Virus record (IMG/VR): IMGVR_UViG_3300012943_000028
Coordinates: 64,001 to 128,000 of that record
Length of the DNA stretch: 64,000 nucleotides
DNA from: a virus
Taxonomy: Duplodnaviria; Heunggongvirae; Uroviricota; Caudoviricetes
Strand: one strand, 5' to 3'
In this document: piece by piece, positions 51,634 to 61,568 of the stretch
How the letters are laid out: the number at the start of each line of letters is the position of its first letter
How positions within the stretch are numbered: the first letter of the stretch is position 1
The notes under the pieces: model-generated
Databases searched by the model: none
What the model saw: only the letters and a program-made list of their open reading frames with translations
Told to the model about the DNA's origin: nothing
Position numbers and translations under genes: made by a program

Positions 51634-53387
51634 GCGGCTTCCTCTAGCTCTTCTTGTCCAACCACCCTCGAGAAGCCGTGCTGCTTGCGGATCAACAATG
51701 AGTGATCGAAGCGGCCGACTGCCTCTGGGCGGTGCGAGATGATCCACAGCGCAAGGTCCTCATCACGTGACTTAGTCTTCAACAGCTTGAAGACGCTCTC
51801 GACACCTGGTGCATCAAGCGATGCATCGATCTCGTCGATGAACAGGCAGTTGACGCGAGAGTGCAGGTGGTGCAGCACGTCACGGAACGCCAGCGAGAGT
51901 GAGAGGTTGACGCGCTTCTTTTCACCGCTGGACAGGTTGCCGAAGTCAAGCTCACGTCCCATCTCAGCGACGGTGCAGCTCATATCATCGTCGAACTTGA
52001 CGATGTGCGGCAGACCAAGCTCCTTGGTGTAATGGATCAACCGATTATTTAGGAATGGAATCGTCCTGTTGATGATCCTACGGCGGATGAAGGAGTTCTT
52101 GTCGGTGAGCAGCTTGAGCAGGAACTGCTGATGGTCGGCCTCCTTCTTCAGGTGGTCAAGCTCCTCATACGAAATCTTCTTGACGGCCTGGTTCTTGAGC
52201 GCCTCGTAGGCGTCCTCATGTGGATTCTCGGCCGCCGCCAGCTCATTGATGCGCTGCTGTGCGGTCGTTGCAGACGTCTCAGCTGCCATGGCCTCAGCAA
52301 GGTTCTTGTACTTGGTGATGCCCTTGGCCTCATCACGCTGTGCCTCGGCGCCACGCCTCTCATCCTCGAGAGCGTCAAGCGCTGCCTTCAGCTCATCGAC
52401 CTTGAGAGACTTGTTGACGAGCAGCTGCTCCTTGGCAGCCAGCTTTTCCTGTGCGCCAGCGTATTTCTGCAGGCAGTATGGGCACTGATCATCCTTGAGG
52501 TGCGTCAGCTCATCAGAGAGCTTCTTAACCTCTGTCTGTTGTGCAACCCAGTCCTTGCGAGTGGCGCTGATCTTGCTACCGAGCTTGTCAATCTCCTTGA
52601 TCTGCTCAACGATGAACGTGTGCAGGCCCTTCTCGACCTCGAAGTCTACCGTCTCAGACAGCTCGAGCGAGCTCTTCAGGCTGACAATCTGTGTTTCACG
52701 GTCACGTTCCCACTTCTCAACACGGCCCTTGGCAGCCTCAAGCTGCTTATTGAAGACCTGAGCTTGTGCTTCCTGTTCCTTGATGACGGCTTCCTGGATG
52801 GCGATCGAGCCATCAGTGTTGCGGATCATCTCCTTCAGCTTCACGGCCTTTTCAGATAGCAGCGTGATGTTGAAGAGCTCTTCGATCTGGTTGCGCTGCT
52901 GAGAAACAGGCATCATGAGGAATGGAACCGAGTTGCCCGAGAACACCACGATCTTCGTGAAGAGCTCGTACGAGATGCCAACGATCTCCTCAATCAGCTT
53001 GTCATTCTCGGCAACCGAGTCAAGCGTGATGAAGTCGTTGTTCATCTGGATGTAGATGTTGTACTCCTCACCACGCTTACGGTGAACGATGTACTCGTCA
53101 TCACCCTTCGTGAAGCAGAGCTTCACCTCCATCATTGTGTTCTTGGTGGCGTTGGTAGAGTTGATCAGCTTCTGCAGACCAATGTTGTCGAACGGCTTGT
53201 TGTAGATGGCGTAGCAGATCGCATTGATGATCGTCGTCTTGCCAGCCCCGTTGTTGGAGCCAGTGTCGAGGTTCTCACCAATGATGAGCGTTGATCCCTT
53301 GCCGCTTAGGTCGATCCTCGTGAGGATGTTGCCGAAGGAAAGGAAGTTGCGGATTTCCATCCACTTGAAGGTTAGTGGTGTGCTCAT
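51630..53387 (-). CDS. gp46: recombination endonuclease ATPase subunit (Rad50/SbcC-like)
   Basis: NFLSFG, NGAGKTT, CPYC hook, LSSGEK, IDE, ISH. Confidence 0.96.
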   Translation of the reverse strand: MSTPLTFKWMEIRNFLSFGNILTRIDLSGKGSTLIIGENLDTGSNNGAGKTTIINAICYAIYNKPFDNIGLQKLINSTNATKNTMMEVKLCFTKGDDEYIVHRKRGEEYNIYIQMNNDFITLDSVAENDKLIEEIVGISYELFTKIVVFSGNSVPFLMMPVSQQRNQIEELFNITLLSEKAVKLKEMIRNTDGSIAIQEAVIKEQEAQAQVFNKQLEAAKGRVEKWERDRETQIVSLKSSLELSETVDFEVEKGLHTFIVEQIKEIDKLGSKISATRKDWVAQQTEVKKLSDELTHLKDDQCPYCLQKYAGAQEKLAAKEQLLVNKSLKVDELKAALDALEDERRGAEAQRDEAKGITKYKNLAEAMAAETSATTAQQRINELAAAENPHEDAYEALKNQAVKKISYEELDHLKKEADHQQFLLKLLTDKNSFIRRRIINRTIPFLNNRLIHYTKELGLPHIVKFDDDMSCTVAEMGRELDFGNLSSGEKKRVNLSLSLAFRDVLHHLHSRVNCLFIDEIDASLDAPGVESVFKLLKTKSRDEDLALWIISHRPEAVGRFDHSLLIRKQHGFSRVVGQEELEEAA

Positions 53388-54418
53388 AGTCTCTGGTAGA
53401 TGTCAATCAAACGGGATGGGTCGATGGTGCTGGTGCCGGTCACGCCAGCTTGCAGCATGCCAACAACGGCGTCGTTCAGTGATGTGAGGTCGAAGTCCTC
53501 AATGCTCTCACCTTCAGTCAGCGCATCACGACGCTCGTAGAGGTTCTCCTCAAGAGAGAACTCACGAAGGTTTAACTCCTTCGTCATCTCATCACGCAGC
53601 GCCTGCGCATCTGAGTAACCAATCTCAGCGTCGATGATGCAGCGCACTCGACATTTCTCTGGGAACTCAAGCATGGAACCGTCGAAGATGGCCGACAGCT
53701 TCACCTTGCGGTACTTCGGACAGTCTTCCCAGTCGATGAAGTCAACCTCATCAGTCTCTGTGTTGAGGACGCACATGCCACGCTCGTCGTCCCATGCATC
53801 GCCGTAGTCCATTGGGAAGCAGTTGCCGATGTACACGACGTTGTCGCAGGCCTGACGCTTGTGGAAGTGGCCTGAGAAGATGTACGTCGGTCCTGCAAAC
53901 ATCGTGTGCTCAGGGCCGTGCTCCATACGGCGGTCTGAACCCGTGACGACGAAGTTGCGGAACTCGAAGTGACCCATCCAATATGGAAGGTTCGTGTGCT
54001 TCACGAGATCGGCGTACTCGTCCTTGAACATGAACGGTGCGAGCAGCAGCTTGTCCTCAATGACAATAGGATCGTTCACGAGGTTGATGTTCTTGAACTC
54101 ACCGAAAACCTTCGTCGAGTAGACGCTGCGGTTCTCACGGTGATAGAGGTCGTGGTTGCCGATGATGATGTACACGGGCAGGCCAAGCGAGTTCAGCTCA
54201 ATGAGCGCCTCATGGGCGCAGTTGAGCGTCATCACGTTGACTGAGTTGCGGTTCTCAAACCAGTCGCCCATGAAGACGACGCGTGAAATCTCTGGGTCCT
54301 TGCGCACGTTTGCGCAGAACCAACGCACAAAGTCCAGGCAATCCTGGTTGTGTTGCACGGAATTGTTCTTCTTGCCGAAGTGAATATCCGTGAACATCGC
54401 TACTTTCTTTAGCGACAC
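53384..54418 (-). CDS. gp47: recombination endonuclease subunit (Mre11/SbcD-like)
   Basis: DIHFG, GDWF, GNHD, GHFE, SGHFH. Confidence 0.96.
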   Translation of the reverse strand: MSLKKVAMFTDIHFGKKNNSVQHNQDCLDFVRWFCANVRKDPEISRVVFMGDWFENRNSVNVMTLNCAHEALIELNSLGLPVYIIIGNHDLYHRENRSVYSTKVFGEFKNINLVNDPIVIEDKLLLAPFMFKDEYADLVKHTNLPYWMGHFEFRNFVVTGSDRRMEHGPEHTMFAGPTYIFSGHFHKRQACDNVVYIGNCFPMDYGDAWDDERGMCVLNTETDEVDFIDWEDCPKYRKVKLSAIFDGSMLEFPEKCRVRCIIDAEIGYSDAQALRDEMTKELNLREFSLEENLYERRDALTEGESIEDFDLTSLNDAVVGMLQAGVTGTSTIDPSRLIDIYQRL

Positions 54419-54420
54419 GG

Positions 54421-55230
54421 CTACTTCCTCTTGGCTTGCTTCTTTGCCTTTTTCTTGGCAACCTTCTTGAGCGGCTTCTTGACCACCTTCTTCGCCTTCT
54501 TTTTAGGAGGCGCTTCCACCTTCGGCTCTTCTGGTGGTTTTGGTTTGATGGTCAACTGCTTAGTGATCGGATCGTACTCGTACTCACTCGGCTTGTAGAC
54601 CTTCACTGGACCTGGGTTCATGTCCTTGAAGCGGCTCAGACGCTTATCGCCTGGCTTGCCAGGATCCATCATGGAGAACTGCTGTTGACCATACGATGGG
54701 TTGCGGACTGGAGCAACAGGCGCACCAGCATGGGTCTCTGGCATTGTGAGAACAGAACCCTCAGTCTCGAGGTGGTTTTCACCGCTGATCACCGTATCGT
54801 CTGACATGTTGATCGTTGAATCTTCGGCCTGCTTTCCAGCATTCTCGAAGCCATACGATGGGTTGAAACCCGACTCTACGAGGAGCGTGTCCCTGATTTT
54901 GCGATGGTTCTTCTCTTCCGCCATGTACTGGAGGAATGAGTGGTAGATGCCCGTCGTATAGTAAGCAAATGGATTGCTTGACTTTTCTGGATCGAACTTC
55001 AGCGCATTGTTGCAGAGGTTCGTGACAGCAGACGCCACCATATCCTCACGGTACGAATACCCGATAAAGTTGCCCTTATGGGAGTACCGCTCAGCAATCA
55101 TCCAGATCATCTTGATGAGCTTCTCGGTTACCTTGCCAAGCTTCTTAGCTTCAATTACGGCAGGTAGGAGATCAGCATTTCGTACGTAGTGGCCTTCAGT
55201 AGAAGTACTTTTGGCTCTTTTGATTTTCAA
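54421..55230 (-). CDS. gp55: late transcription sigma factor
   Basis: HYV.N, IA..YS...NF.GYSYREDM, FDPEKS.NPFAY.T; TTG start with GGAG RBS. Confidence 0.92.
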   Translation of the reverse strand: MKIKRAKSTSTEGHYVRNADLLPAVIEAKKLGKVTEKLIKMIWMIAERYSHKGNFIGYSYREDMVASAVTNLCNNALKFDPEKSSNPFAYYTTGIYHSFLQYMAEEKNHRKIRDTLLVESGFNPSYGFENAGKQAEDSTINMSDDTVISGENHLETEGSVLTMPETHAGAPVAPVRNPSYGQQQFSMMDPGKPGDKRLSRFKDMNPGPVKVYKPSEYEYDPITKQLTIKPKPPEEPKVEAPPKKKAKKVVKKPLKKVAKKKAKKQAKRK

Positions 55231-55269
55231 ACTATGTCTCCAGGACGTTGACGCCAGGAGATAGAGTGC

Positions 55270-55275
55270 ATTATA
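55270..55275 (-). promoter_or_regulatory. -10 box TATAAT upstream of gp55
   Basis: Perfect -10 about 40 nt upstream of the start. Confidence 0.5.
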
Positions 55276-55325
55276 CACCATACCGCTGGCTGGAAAACTA
55301 CTGTCCGGTGAAGCTACCCTGATTG

Positions 55326-55332
55326 ATAAATA
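55326..55332 (+). promoter_or_regulatory. late promoter ATAAATA
   Basis: Heads the plus-strand baseplate operon. Confidence 0.6.
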
Positions 55333-55364
55333 CCTTGCTCGACAACGCAACGTCAGGATTCTCA

Positions 55365-56033
55365 ATGAGCTCAACCCCAAAATCGAAAGCTGAACCTAAA
55401 AAGGAACTTCCTCCTGTAGGTTCAAAGAAGGTTGCCGTCGTCATTGGACGCTTCAACCCTCCAACGAAGGGTCACTATGCTGTGGTCGATCAGGTCAAGA
55501 AGTTCATTCGAAAGAATCCAGCGCTTGGTCTGGAGGCTGCTCCTGCGGTTGTCATCATTGGTGGTAGCAAGTCGGACGCTGACAAACAGCGTAATCCTCT
55601 TTCGGCCCATGATCGTCAGATATTTATGAAGGCCTCCGGCCTGGCAAATGGGGTTAACTTTTCAACCGCACCTAACGCCTTTGCTGCATTTGCGCAGCTG
55701 CGCGAGGCAGGTTATGAGCCGATTGCAGTCGCCGCCGGCGAGGACCGTGCTGAGGACTACCTTCGCATCCTCAACGGTTACTTCAAGGACGGCGAGAAGC
55801 CGATCAAGCACTACAAGATCACGCTAGCCCGCACAGGTGAAGATGGTGATGGCGTGCTGAAGAAGATGAAGAAGAGCGGTGACGTCGATGTCAGCGCCGT
55901 ATCTGGATCAATTGCACGCCGTGCTGTTGAGCTTGGCTATCTGCCTGAGTTCACGAAGATCGTCGGGCTTGAGCACAAGCCGGCCCTCGCAAAGAAGCTG
56001 TTCGACAAGATCGCAGCTGCCATCAAGGAGTAA
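55365..56033 (+). CDS. cytidylyltransferase-like (HIGH superfamily) protein
   Basis: GRFNPPTKGH, NPL, AG.DR, VSGS.AR. Confidence 0.85.
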   Translation: MSSTPKSKAEPKKELPPVGSKKVAVVIGRFNPPTKGHYAVVDQVKKFIRKNPALGLEAAPAVVIIGGSKSDADKQRNPLSAHDRQIFMKASGLANGVNFSTAPNAFAAFAQLREAGYEPIAVAAGEDRAEDYLRILNGYFKDGEKPIKHYKITLARTGEDGDGVLKKMKKSGDVDVSAVSGSIARRAVELGYLPEFTKIVGLEHKPALAKKLFDKIAAAIKE

Positions 56034-56036
56034 GCT

Positions 56037-57179
56037 GTGGGCCCTGGATCAACATACGTTCCTAAGAAAGGCAACGCACCAGCTGGATCACCAGCAACGA
56101 CAGTTGACGTTCAGAACTCGCAGGCCACAACGAACTACACGATCCCAACTCAGGGTCAGCAGACGGTTGAGCTCGCCAACAAGGTGATCGCCCAAGGAAG
56201 TGCGGCTGGTCTCAAAGCGCTCACCAACAAGGTAGACGTCACCCAAGTAAATGGAAGAATGGTGGCAACTGCTGTTGGCAGCACGCCGCAGGGCATCGCC
56301 GCAGCCGCAAAGGTCGCAGACATTGGTGCAGCGCCAACGAACTCTACGCCAGCGTCGACGACACGCTTTGAGCCACATGACGACAACACGCAGATTTACA
56401 AAGTCACGCTCATCTCTCAGGTAGATGGTGAGATGATCACGTTCGAGGCAATGCCAGAAATTGGTGAAGCACAGTCAGCTCAGTACGATGAGTTCAACCC
56501 GCTCCAGCACCCTGGTTCAATCCTTAAGTACCGTGGCACTGGCAACCGTGAGTGGCAGGTAACAGTCAAGCTCGTTAGCCGCACTGCAAGTGAGGCCACG
56601 AAGAACCTCGACAAGGTAAACCTGCTTCGCTCATGGGTGATGCCGTACTACGGTCAGGGAACCGCAAACGATCCAGAGACGTCTCAGTACCTCGGCGCTC
56701 CGCCACCTGTACTGACGCTCAGCGGATATGGTCCTCACGTGATTGGTCCAGTGAAGGTAGTTCTTGCAAGCTACCAGTGGAACTGGCCTAACGACATCGA
56801 CTACATTCAAACGAACGACTCACCACCAGTTCCGTTTCCAGTGCTCGTCAACGTGACACTCACGCTAAAGGAAGCTTGGTCGCCGCGCGAGTTCAGCTCG
56901 TTCGACCTCAAGGCTTTCCGTCGTGGTGAGTTGCCAACTGCATACCAGTCAAGCACATCAAGCCCACAGAACAGTAAGACAGCACCAAGCGCAACGTCAG
57001 GCAACGCTTCGGCAATCGATCCATCAGAGGTGGCAGCAACAACACAAGAGCAGCGAGTGGCAGCAAGCAATGCCGCAAACACGGTGGCAAGTGGCAACAT
57101 CTCAACGGCTCAGAAGAGCGTTGTTCAGAAGGGCAGCGCTGCCATCTCCAACACCGTAAAGAACTTGGGTGGAGGCTGA
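56037..57179 (+). CDS. baseplate tail-tube-fold protein (gp48/CIS tube-like)
   Basis: P.I.E...A.Y, Y.GT..R, LRSW.MP, GAPPPVL.LSGYG, P....V...LKE. Confidence 0.65.
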   Translation: MGPGSTYVPKKGNAPAGSPATTVDVQNSQATTNYTIPTQGQQTVELANKVIAQGSAAGLKALTNKVDVTQVNGRMVATAVGSTPQGIAAAAKVADIGAAPTNSTPASTTRFEPHDDNTQIYKVTLISQVDGEMITFEAMPEIGEAQSAQYDEFNPLQHPGSILKYRGTGNREWQVTVKLVSRTASEATKNLDKVNLLRSWVMPYYGQGTANDPETSQYLGAPPPVLTLSGYGPHVIGPVKVVLASYQWNWPNDIDYIQTNDSPPVPFPVLVNVTLTLKEAWSPREFSSFDLKAFRRGELPTAYQSSTSSPQNSKTAPSATSGNASAIDPSEVAATTQEQRVAASNAANTVASGNISTAQKSVVQKGSAAISNTVKNLGGG

Positions 57180-57180
57180 T

Positions 57181-57591
57181 ATGGCAAACACCGTCAAAAC
57201 TAAGACGCCGACGTCTAACAACAACACGAACAGCCTCTACAACCGCTACTCTCGCTATGTGGCTGGTGGTGTGACTGAGCGTGGTAATGACATGCTTGAG
57301 TGGTGGGAGCGCAGCAATTTTCCGCGTGATGATTCTGACATCGTCTACGCTGTAGAGAACTTCTATGAGCAGCGCCTCGACCTCATTGCCTCAGTGTTTT
57401 ACCAGGAACCACGCTACTGGTGGTTCCTCGCTCAGTACAACAACATCCTCGATCCATTCACCGAGATCGTGGCAGGTCGCCTCCTTCTTATCCCAACGCA
57501 GGAGCGCCTAACGCTGTTGCTTGGAACGAAGAAGGGCGGTGAGGACTCAACGCGCGAGGCAGTGACGGTCATTGCTCCAATCATCACATGA
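57181..57591 (+). CDS. gp53: baseplate wedge protein gp53-like (LysM)
   Basis: RLDLIA..FY.....WW..AQYN.I.DP......G..L.IP. Confidence 0.85.
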   Translation: MANTVKTKTPTSNNNTNSLYNRYSRYVAGGVTERGNDMLEWWERSNFPRDDSDIVYAVENFYEQRLDLIASVFYQEPRYWWFLAQYNNILDPFTEIVAGRLLLIPTQERLTLLLGTKKGGEDSTREAVTVIAPIIT

Positions 57592-59804
57592 CGACAATTA
57601 ACCAATCACAACTCCTAAACGAATACAAGAACCCCCTAGACGCATATCGTTCCTACTCTTACCAGTTCCTTCTTACTCTCTCATCGACAACTCAGTCGCT
57701 TAGAGAGATGATCGGCAACTACAAGGGTGGGCGTGGGGGTCCGGTTACCAGTGCCTCTCCCTTGCTGGCAGCCTCAAAGACGGTGAAGCGTCCTGGCGAT
57801 GCGTTCACCGTCAATGGCCAGACCGCCTACCTTCTCGTAGACACGCGCCGCTTCTCACAGTACTCCATCACGAAGCTGGACATGGAGCACGTGTATGGGT
57901 CAGGCTCTTCGAACAACCCTACGGTTCCAGTCAGCGCAACTCACATGCAGCTGATCGACACGACTGGCATGTCGTTCTTCAACCTGTTGATGGAGACGTT
58001 CCGCAACAAGCTGCAGACCACGCGCTCATCGGCGTTCTTCCTTCTGACCATCATCTTCACTGGCCACAAGGACGATGGCACAACTGAGACCATCTCTACG
58101 TGCTTCATTCCAATGATGCTGCTGACCATGGGGTTCAAGCTTGACCATCGTGGTACCACGTTTGAGATTGACTTCATGGAAACTGAGAGCGCTCCTCAGC
58201 GTGGTGGCGCAATGGAGATCATGAACAGCCTGGGCAAGGTGACATCGATCTCTTCAAAGGGAAGTTCATCGACAGTTGGTGGATTGGTGTCGGCGCTTGA
58301 AAGGCGCCTCAACGTTCAGTCGATGACGTTCTTCAAGAAGTACACAAACTCTGCGCTGCAGACCAACGCCAACGCAAAGGCTGGAAAGCTGGTGCAGTAC
58401 ATGATCACAGTGCCTAGCACGTGGGAAAAATTCCCAATTACCACGGCCGCCCGTTCAAAGAACAAGGAACAGATTTTCCTTGCGGCTGAACAGGCTGGTG
58501 CCACAAGGGATGCAGCAGCCGCCGCCTTCGATTCTGTTAAGCTGAAGGACGAAGGCGAGTACACGCAGATGTCGTTCTCACAGACCGTCACCATCACAGA
58601 TGCGATCAAGTCAATCCTTGAAAGCTCAACAGAATTCCTCGCTCTTGCCAGCGAGGATAAGGTAAAGGCTGGCACGGCACAAACGTTCAAGACGTCTGTC
58701 AATGTCACGTGCGATGACAACTCATACGTCGTACACTTCGACGTCTTCCCTTACTATCTACCAAAGGTCAACACCGATAAGGGAAACGAAACTGCAAACA
58801 CCTCGGCGGTTTCTGCTGGTGGTAAGACCGTCATTGGTCCATCTACCGAGATCAGAAACCTGATGACGTACAACTACATCTTCACAGGCAAGAATAGCCA
58901 CATCAAGGACTTGACGATCGAGTACCTACCAGAAAGCGCTGTTGCCCTTGACACAAACCTAGACCTCGGTCAGTCACGCTTCAAGACGGTAAGCGGGCAG
59001 GGGCAGAAGGCTGTCAGCGTTGACAAGGCATCTGAGAGCGCAGTGAAGAAGACGACAAGCTTCGTTCCAGACCTACGTGGTAGCGATCCAATCTTCTTTG
59101 CTATCCAGTCGCAAGACCAGCAGAACAACGTAGCAGCACAGAAGAACGAGCGCATGACCAGTGATGAAGCGCGTGATGCGTTCAAGAAGAAGCAGGAATA
59201 CACTAACACGATGGCGTACGTCCACTTCATCAGCTCTATCGAGCTCGACATGACAATTCGTGGCAACCCGAACATCATCAAGAAATTTGCCGACCGCAAC
59301 GAGCGTGGTGGTGTGGGGCCGCATAGCTCGATCATTGACGCAACTGGTATTTCCAGAATCAACGCAGCAACTGGCGAGCCAGATGACATCTACAACAGCG
59401 TTCTAGCTCAAAAGATTTCTACAGCAAAGAGCCTCTACTACTCGGAATACGTGCAGCCTCGTATTGCAGGCGTCACGAAGGCCGGGCCACCTGGTTCAGA
59501 TCAGTTCATGACCGGCCCTGACGTTTCAGTTTCGCCGGTGTTCTGCAAGATCAACATCCTCGCTCCTAACGTCGACAGCATGGGCGACTACCTGCGTGAT
59601 CTATCAGATCCAAACCGCCCAGATAAGCCTCCGTACTTTACCGACGAGTTCTTCTTCAATGGCCCTTACATGGTGCTGTTCGTCAAGACCACGTTTGAGG
59701 ATGGAGATTTTCAGCACACGCTCTCCATGATTCCATACATCGCCTCAGAGACGGTGACGAAGAAGGATGAGCCAACCAAATCAACAGCGACGAAGACAAA
59801 ATGA
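57588..59804 (+). CDS. baseplate hub protein (gp27-like, enlarged)
   Basis: NPL..Y.SY.Y...L, Y.Y.FTG.N, I.G.P, G.Y.V....F..G.F...L; between gp53 and gp5. Confidence 0.65.
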   Translation: MTTINQSQLLNEYKNPLDAYRSYSYQFLLTLSSTTQSLREMIGNYKGGRGGPVTSASPLLAASKTVKRPGDAFTVNGQTAYLLVDTRRFSQYSITKLDMEHVYGSGSSNNPTVPVSATHMQLIDTTGMSFFNLLMETFRNKLQTTRSSAFFLLTIIFTGHKDDGTTETISTCFIPMMLLTMGFKLDHRGTTFEIDFMETESAPQRGGAMEIMNSLGKVTSISSKGSSSTVGGLVSALERRLNVQSMTFFKKYTNSALQTNANAKAGKLVQYMITVPSTWEKFPITTAARSKNKEQIFLAAEQAGATRDAAAAAFDSVKLKDEGEYTQMSFSQTVTITDAIKSILESSTEFLALASEDKVKAGTAQTFKTSVNVTCDDNSYVVHFDVFPYYLPKVNTDKGNETANTSAVSAGGKTVIGPSTEIRNLMTYNYIFTGKNSHIKDLTIEYLPESAVALDTNLDLGQSRFKTVSGQGQKAVSVDKASESAVKKTTSFVPDLRGSDPIFFAIQSQDQQNNVAAQKNERMTSDEARDAFKKKQEYTNTMAYVHFISSIELDMTIRGNPNIIKKFADRNERGGVGPHSSIIDATGISRINAATGEPDDIYNSVLAQKISTAKSLYYSEYVQPRIAGVTKAGPPGSDQFMTGPDVSVSPVFCKINILAPNVDSMGDYLRDLSDPNRPDKPPYFTDEFFFNGPYMVLFVKTTFEDGDFQHTLSMIPYIASETVTKKDEPTKSTATKTK

Positions 59805-61144
59805 GCCGCATCTACCGTAAGGATCAAACTCCAGCCGACTTCTTCCCTGACAACGTTCCATTCATCATGGAAGGTTCAGTGGTGTCTACTGCTGATCCTG
59901 ACCAGATGGGCCGTGTGCGTGCATGGGTTCCTGCCCTTGACGGTGAGAACTTCGACATCGACCAGATTCCATGGGCTGACTACGCATCGCCATTCATGGG
60001 CTTCACTGTTGACTACCCCGCTGGCGCAGGAACCGTAAAGAACAGCTCACATGCTGCATACGGTTTCTGGGCAATCCCAAAGGTTGGAGCAACCGTGCTC
60101 GTGTTCTGCATGAACGGCAACCCAGCATCTCGCTGCTACTTCGCTTCCACGGTACGCCTCCACCGCAACCGCTCACTGCCCGCTGGCCGCAACGCTGACG
60201 GTAGCAACAAGGCTGGTCCATGGGGCGATGCTGGCGATGGCAAGGGAAACTTGAACCCAATCCAGCCAGCGTATGACAACCTACGCCAGCAGTTCCAAAA
60301 CCAGCTCACAAAGTCTGAGGCCATCACTCGCGGCGCCTATGAACGCCAGGTGGCGCAGGCTAAGGATGACAAGGATGGCCTCGAAGGATACGCAGCAAAC
60401 CCTGCTGATCCTTCATACCTTGATCCACAGACGTACTGCCTTGTAACACCGGGTCGTCATGCGCTCATCCTTCAAGATGATCCACACCATGCCCGCCTCC
60501 GCCTTAAAACTGCTGAGGGTGCGCAGATCATTCTCGACGACGCCAACGAGCGCATCTACATCTCCACCCCAGCTGGCAACACCTGGTTTGAGATGGACAA
60601 GGATGGTCACGTCAACATCTATGGAGCGCAGTCGTACAGCGTCCGTGCTGGAAAGGACATCAACTTTTTCGCTGACGGCAACATCAACCTTGAGGCTGGT
60701 AAGGGCATCAACATGAAGGCTGACACAGCCGACATTCGCATGACCACACAGACTAAATTCCAAGTGAAGGCCAACGACAGCATCGTCATGTCAGCGTGTG
60801 GTATCTTTGACATCGACTCTGAGAAGGCGCTAAAGATCACCGCTGCCCAGTCAATTGATGTCAATGCTGGACAGGGCCTCAACGCCACGGCATCGAGCAG
60901 CATGAACCTCAAGGCTGGCGATTCTCTCAATGCGCAGGGCGGTAAGATGAACTTGAACGGCGGTAGCGCTCTCACTGCATCTGCTGGCAAGATCAACCTC
61001 AACAGCGGTTCGGCTGGTAATGCTCAGGTTGCAGCTAAGGCATCGTGCGCTGAGGTGGCCGAAGGCCCAGCAATCGTCCCTGGTCATGAGCCTTGGACTC
61101 GTCCAGAGTCTGAGGAAGAGCGTGGTCCGTTCTGGAAAGCCTAA
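59801..61144 (+). CDS. gp5: baseplate central spike gp5/VgrG-like (no lysozyme domain)
   Basis: DP...GRVR, PWA, G.W..P.VG..V.V, TP.RH....DD, beta-helix repeats, P.HEPW tip. Confidence 0.9.
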   Translation: MSRIYRKDQTPADFFPDNVPFIMEGSVVSTADPDQMGRVRAWVPALDGENFDIDQIPWADYASPFMGFTVDYPAGAGTVKNSSHAAYGFWAIPKVGATVLVFCMNGNPASRCYFASTVRLHRNRSLPAGRNADGSNKAGPWGDAGDGKGNLNPIQPAYDNLRQQFQNQLTKSEAITRGAYERQVAQAKDDKDGLEGYAANPADPSYLDPQTYCLVTPGRHALILQDDPHHARLRLKTAEGAQIILDDANERIYISTPAGNTWFEMDKDGHVNIYGAQSYSVRAGKDINFFADGNINLEAGKGINMKADTADIRMTTQTKFQVKANDSIVMSACGIFDIDSEKALKITAAQSIDVNAGQGLNATASSSMNLKAGDSLNAQGGKMNLNGGSALTASAGKINLNSGSAGNAQVAAKASCAEVAEGPAIVPGHEPWTRPESEEERGPFWKA

Positions 61145-61165
61145 CCTGGAAGGCCTATCAGTTCG

Positions 61166-61172
61166 ATAAATA
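61166..61172 (+). promoter_or_regulatory. late promoter ATAAATA
   Basis: Upstream of gp25. Confidence 0.6.
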
Positions 61173-61196
61173 TCGAATCAACGGCGTGGTGAAGGC

Positions 61197-61568
61197 ATGA
61201 GCAAGGTCATCTACAAGGGGTTCTCAACGGCCAACTGGCTGAAGAACAAGACGTTTGCCCTCAACAATATAGACCTGGTGAAGCAGGATTTGCTGACCCA
61301 CATCTATACGATCAAGGGCGAGCGTGTTATGATGCCAAACTTTGGCACCAGAATCCCTGTGCTCACGTTTGAACCGAATGACGAGAAGACAAGGAAGATC
61401 ATTGAGGATGACCTAACTGAGGTGTTCAAGTACGACCCTCGAGTAAGGCTTCTGTCGCTTAGCGTGCTGACACTTCCCGACAACAATGCCATTCTTGCGC
61501 TTGCCGATCTGCTGTACGTTGAGTTCAACGTAACAGACGTTCTTAGAATAGAGGTTACATCGCAGTGA
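61197..61568 (+). CDS. gp25: baseplate wedge subunit
   Basis: LVKQDL..H....KGERVM.PNFGT.I....FEP, YDPRV. Confidence 0.93.
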   Translation: MSKVIYKGFSTANWLKNKTFALNNIDLVKQDLLTHIYTIKGERVMMPNFGTRIPVLTFEPNDEKTRKIIEDDLTEVFKYDPRVRLLSLSVLTLPDNNAILALADLLYVEFNVTDVLRIEVTSQ

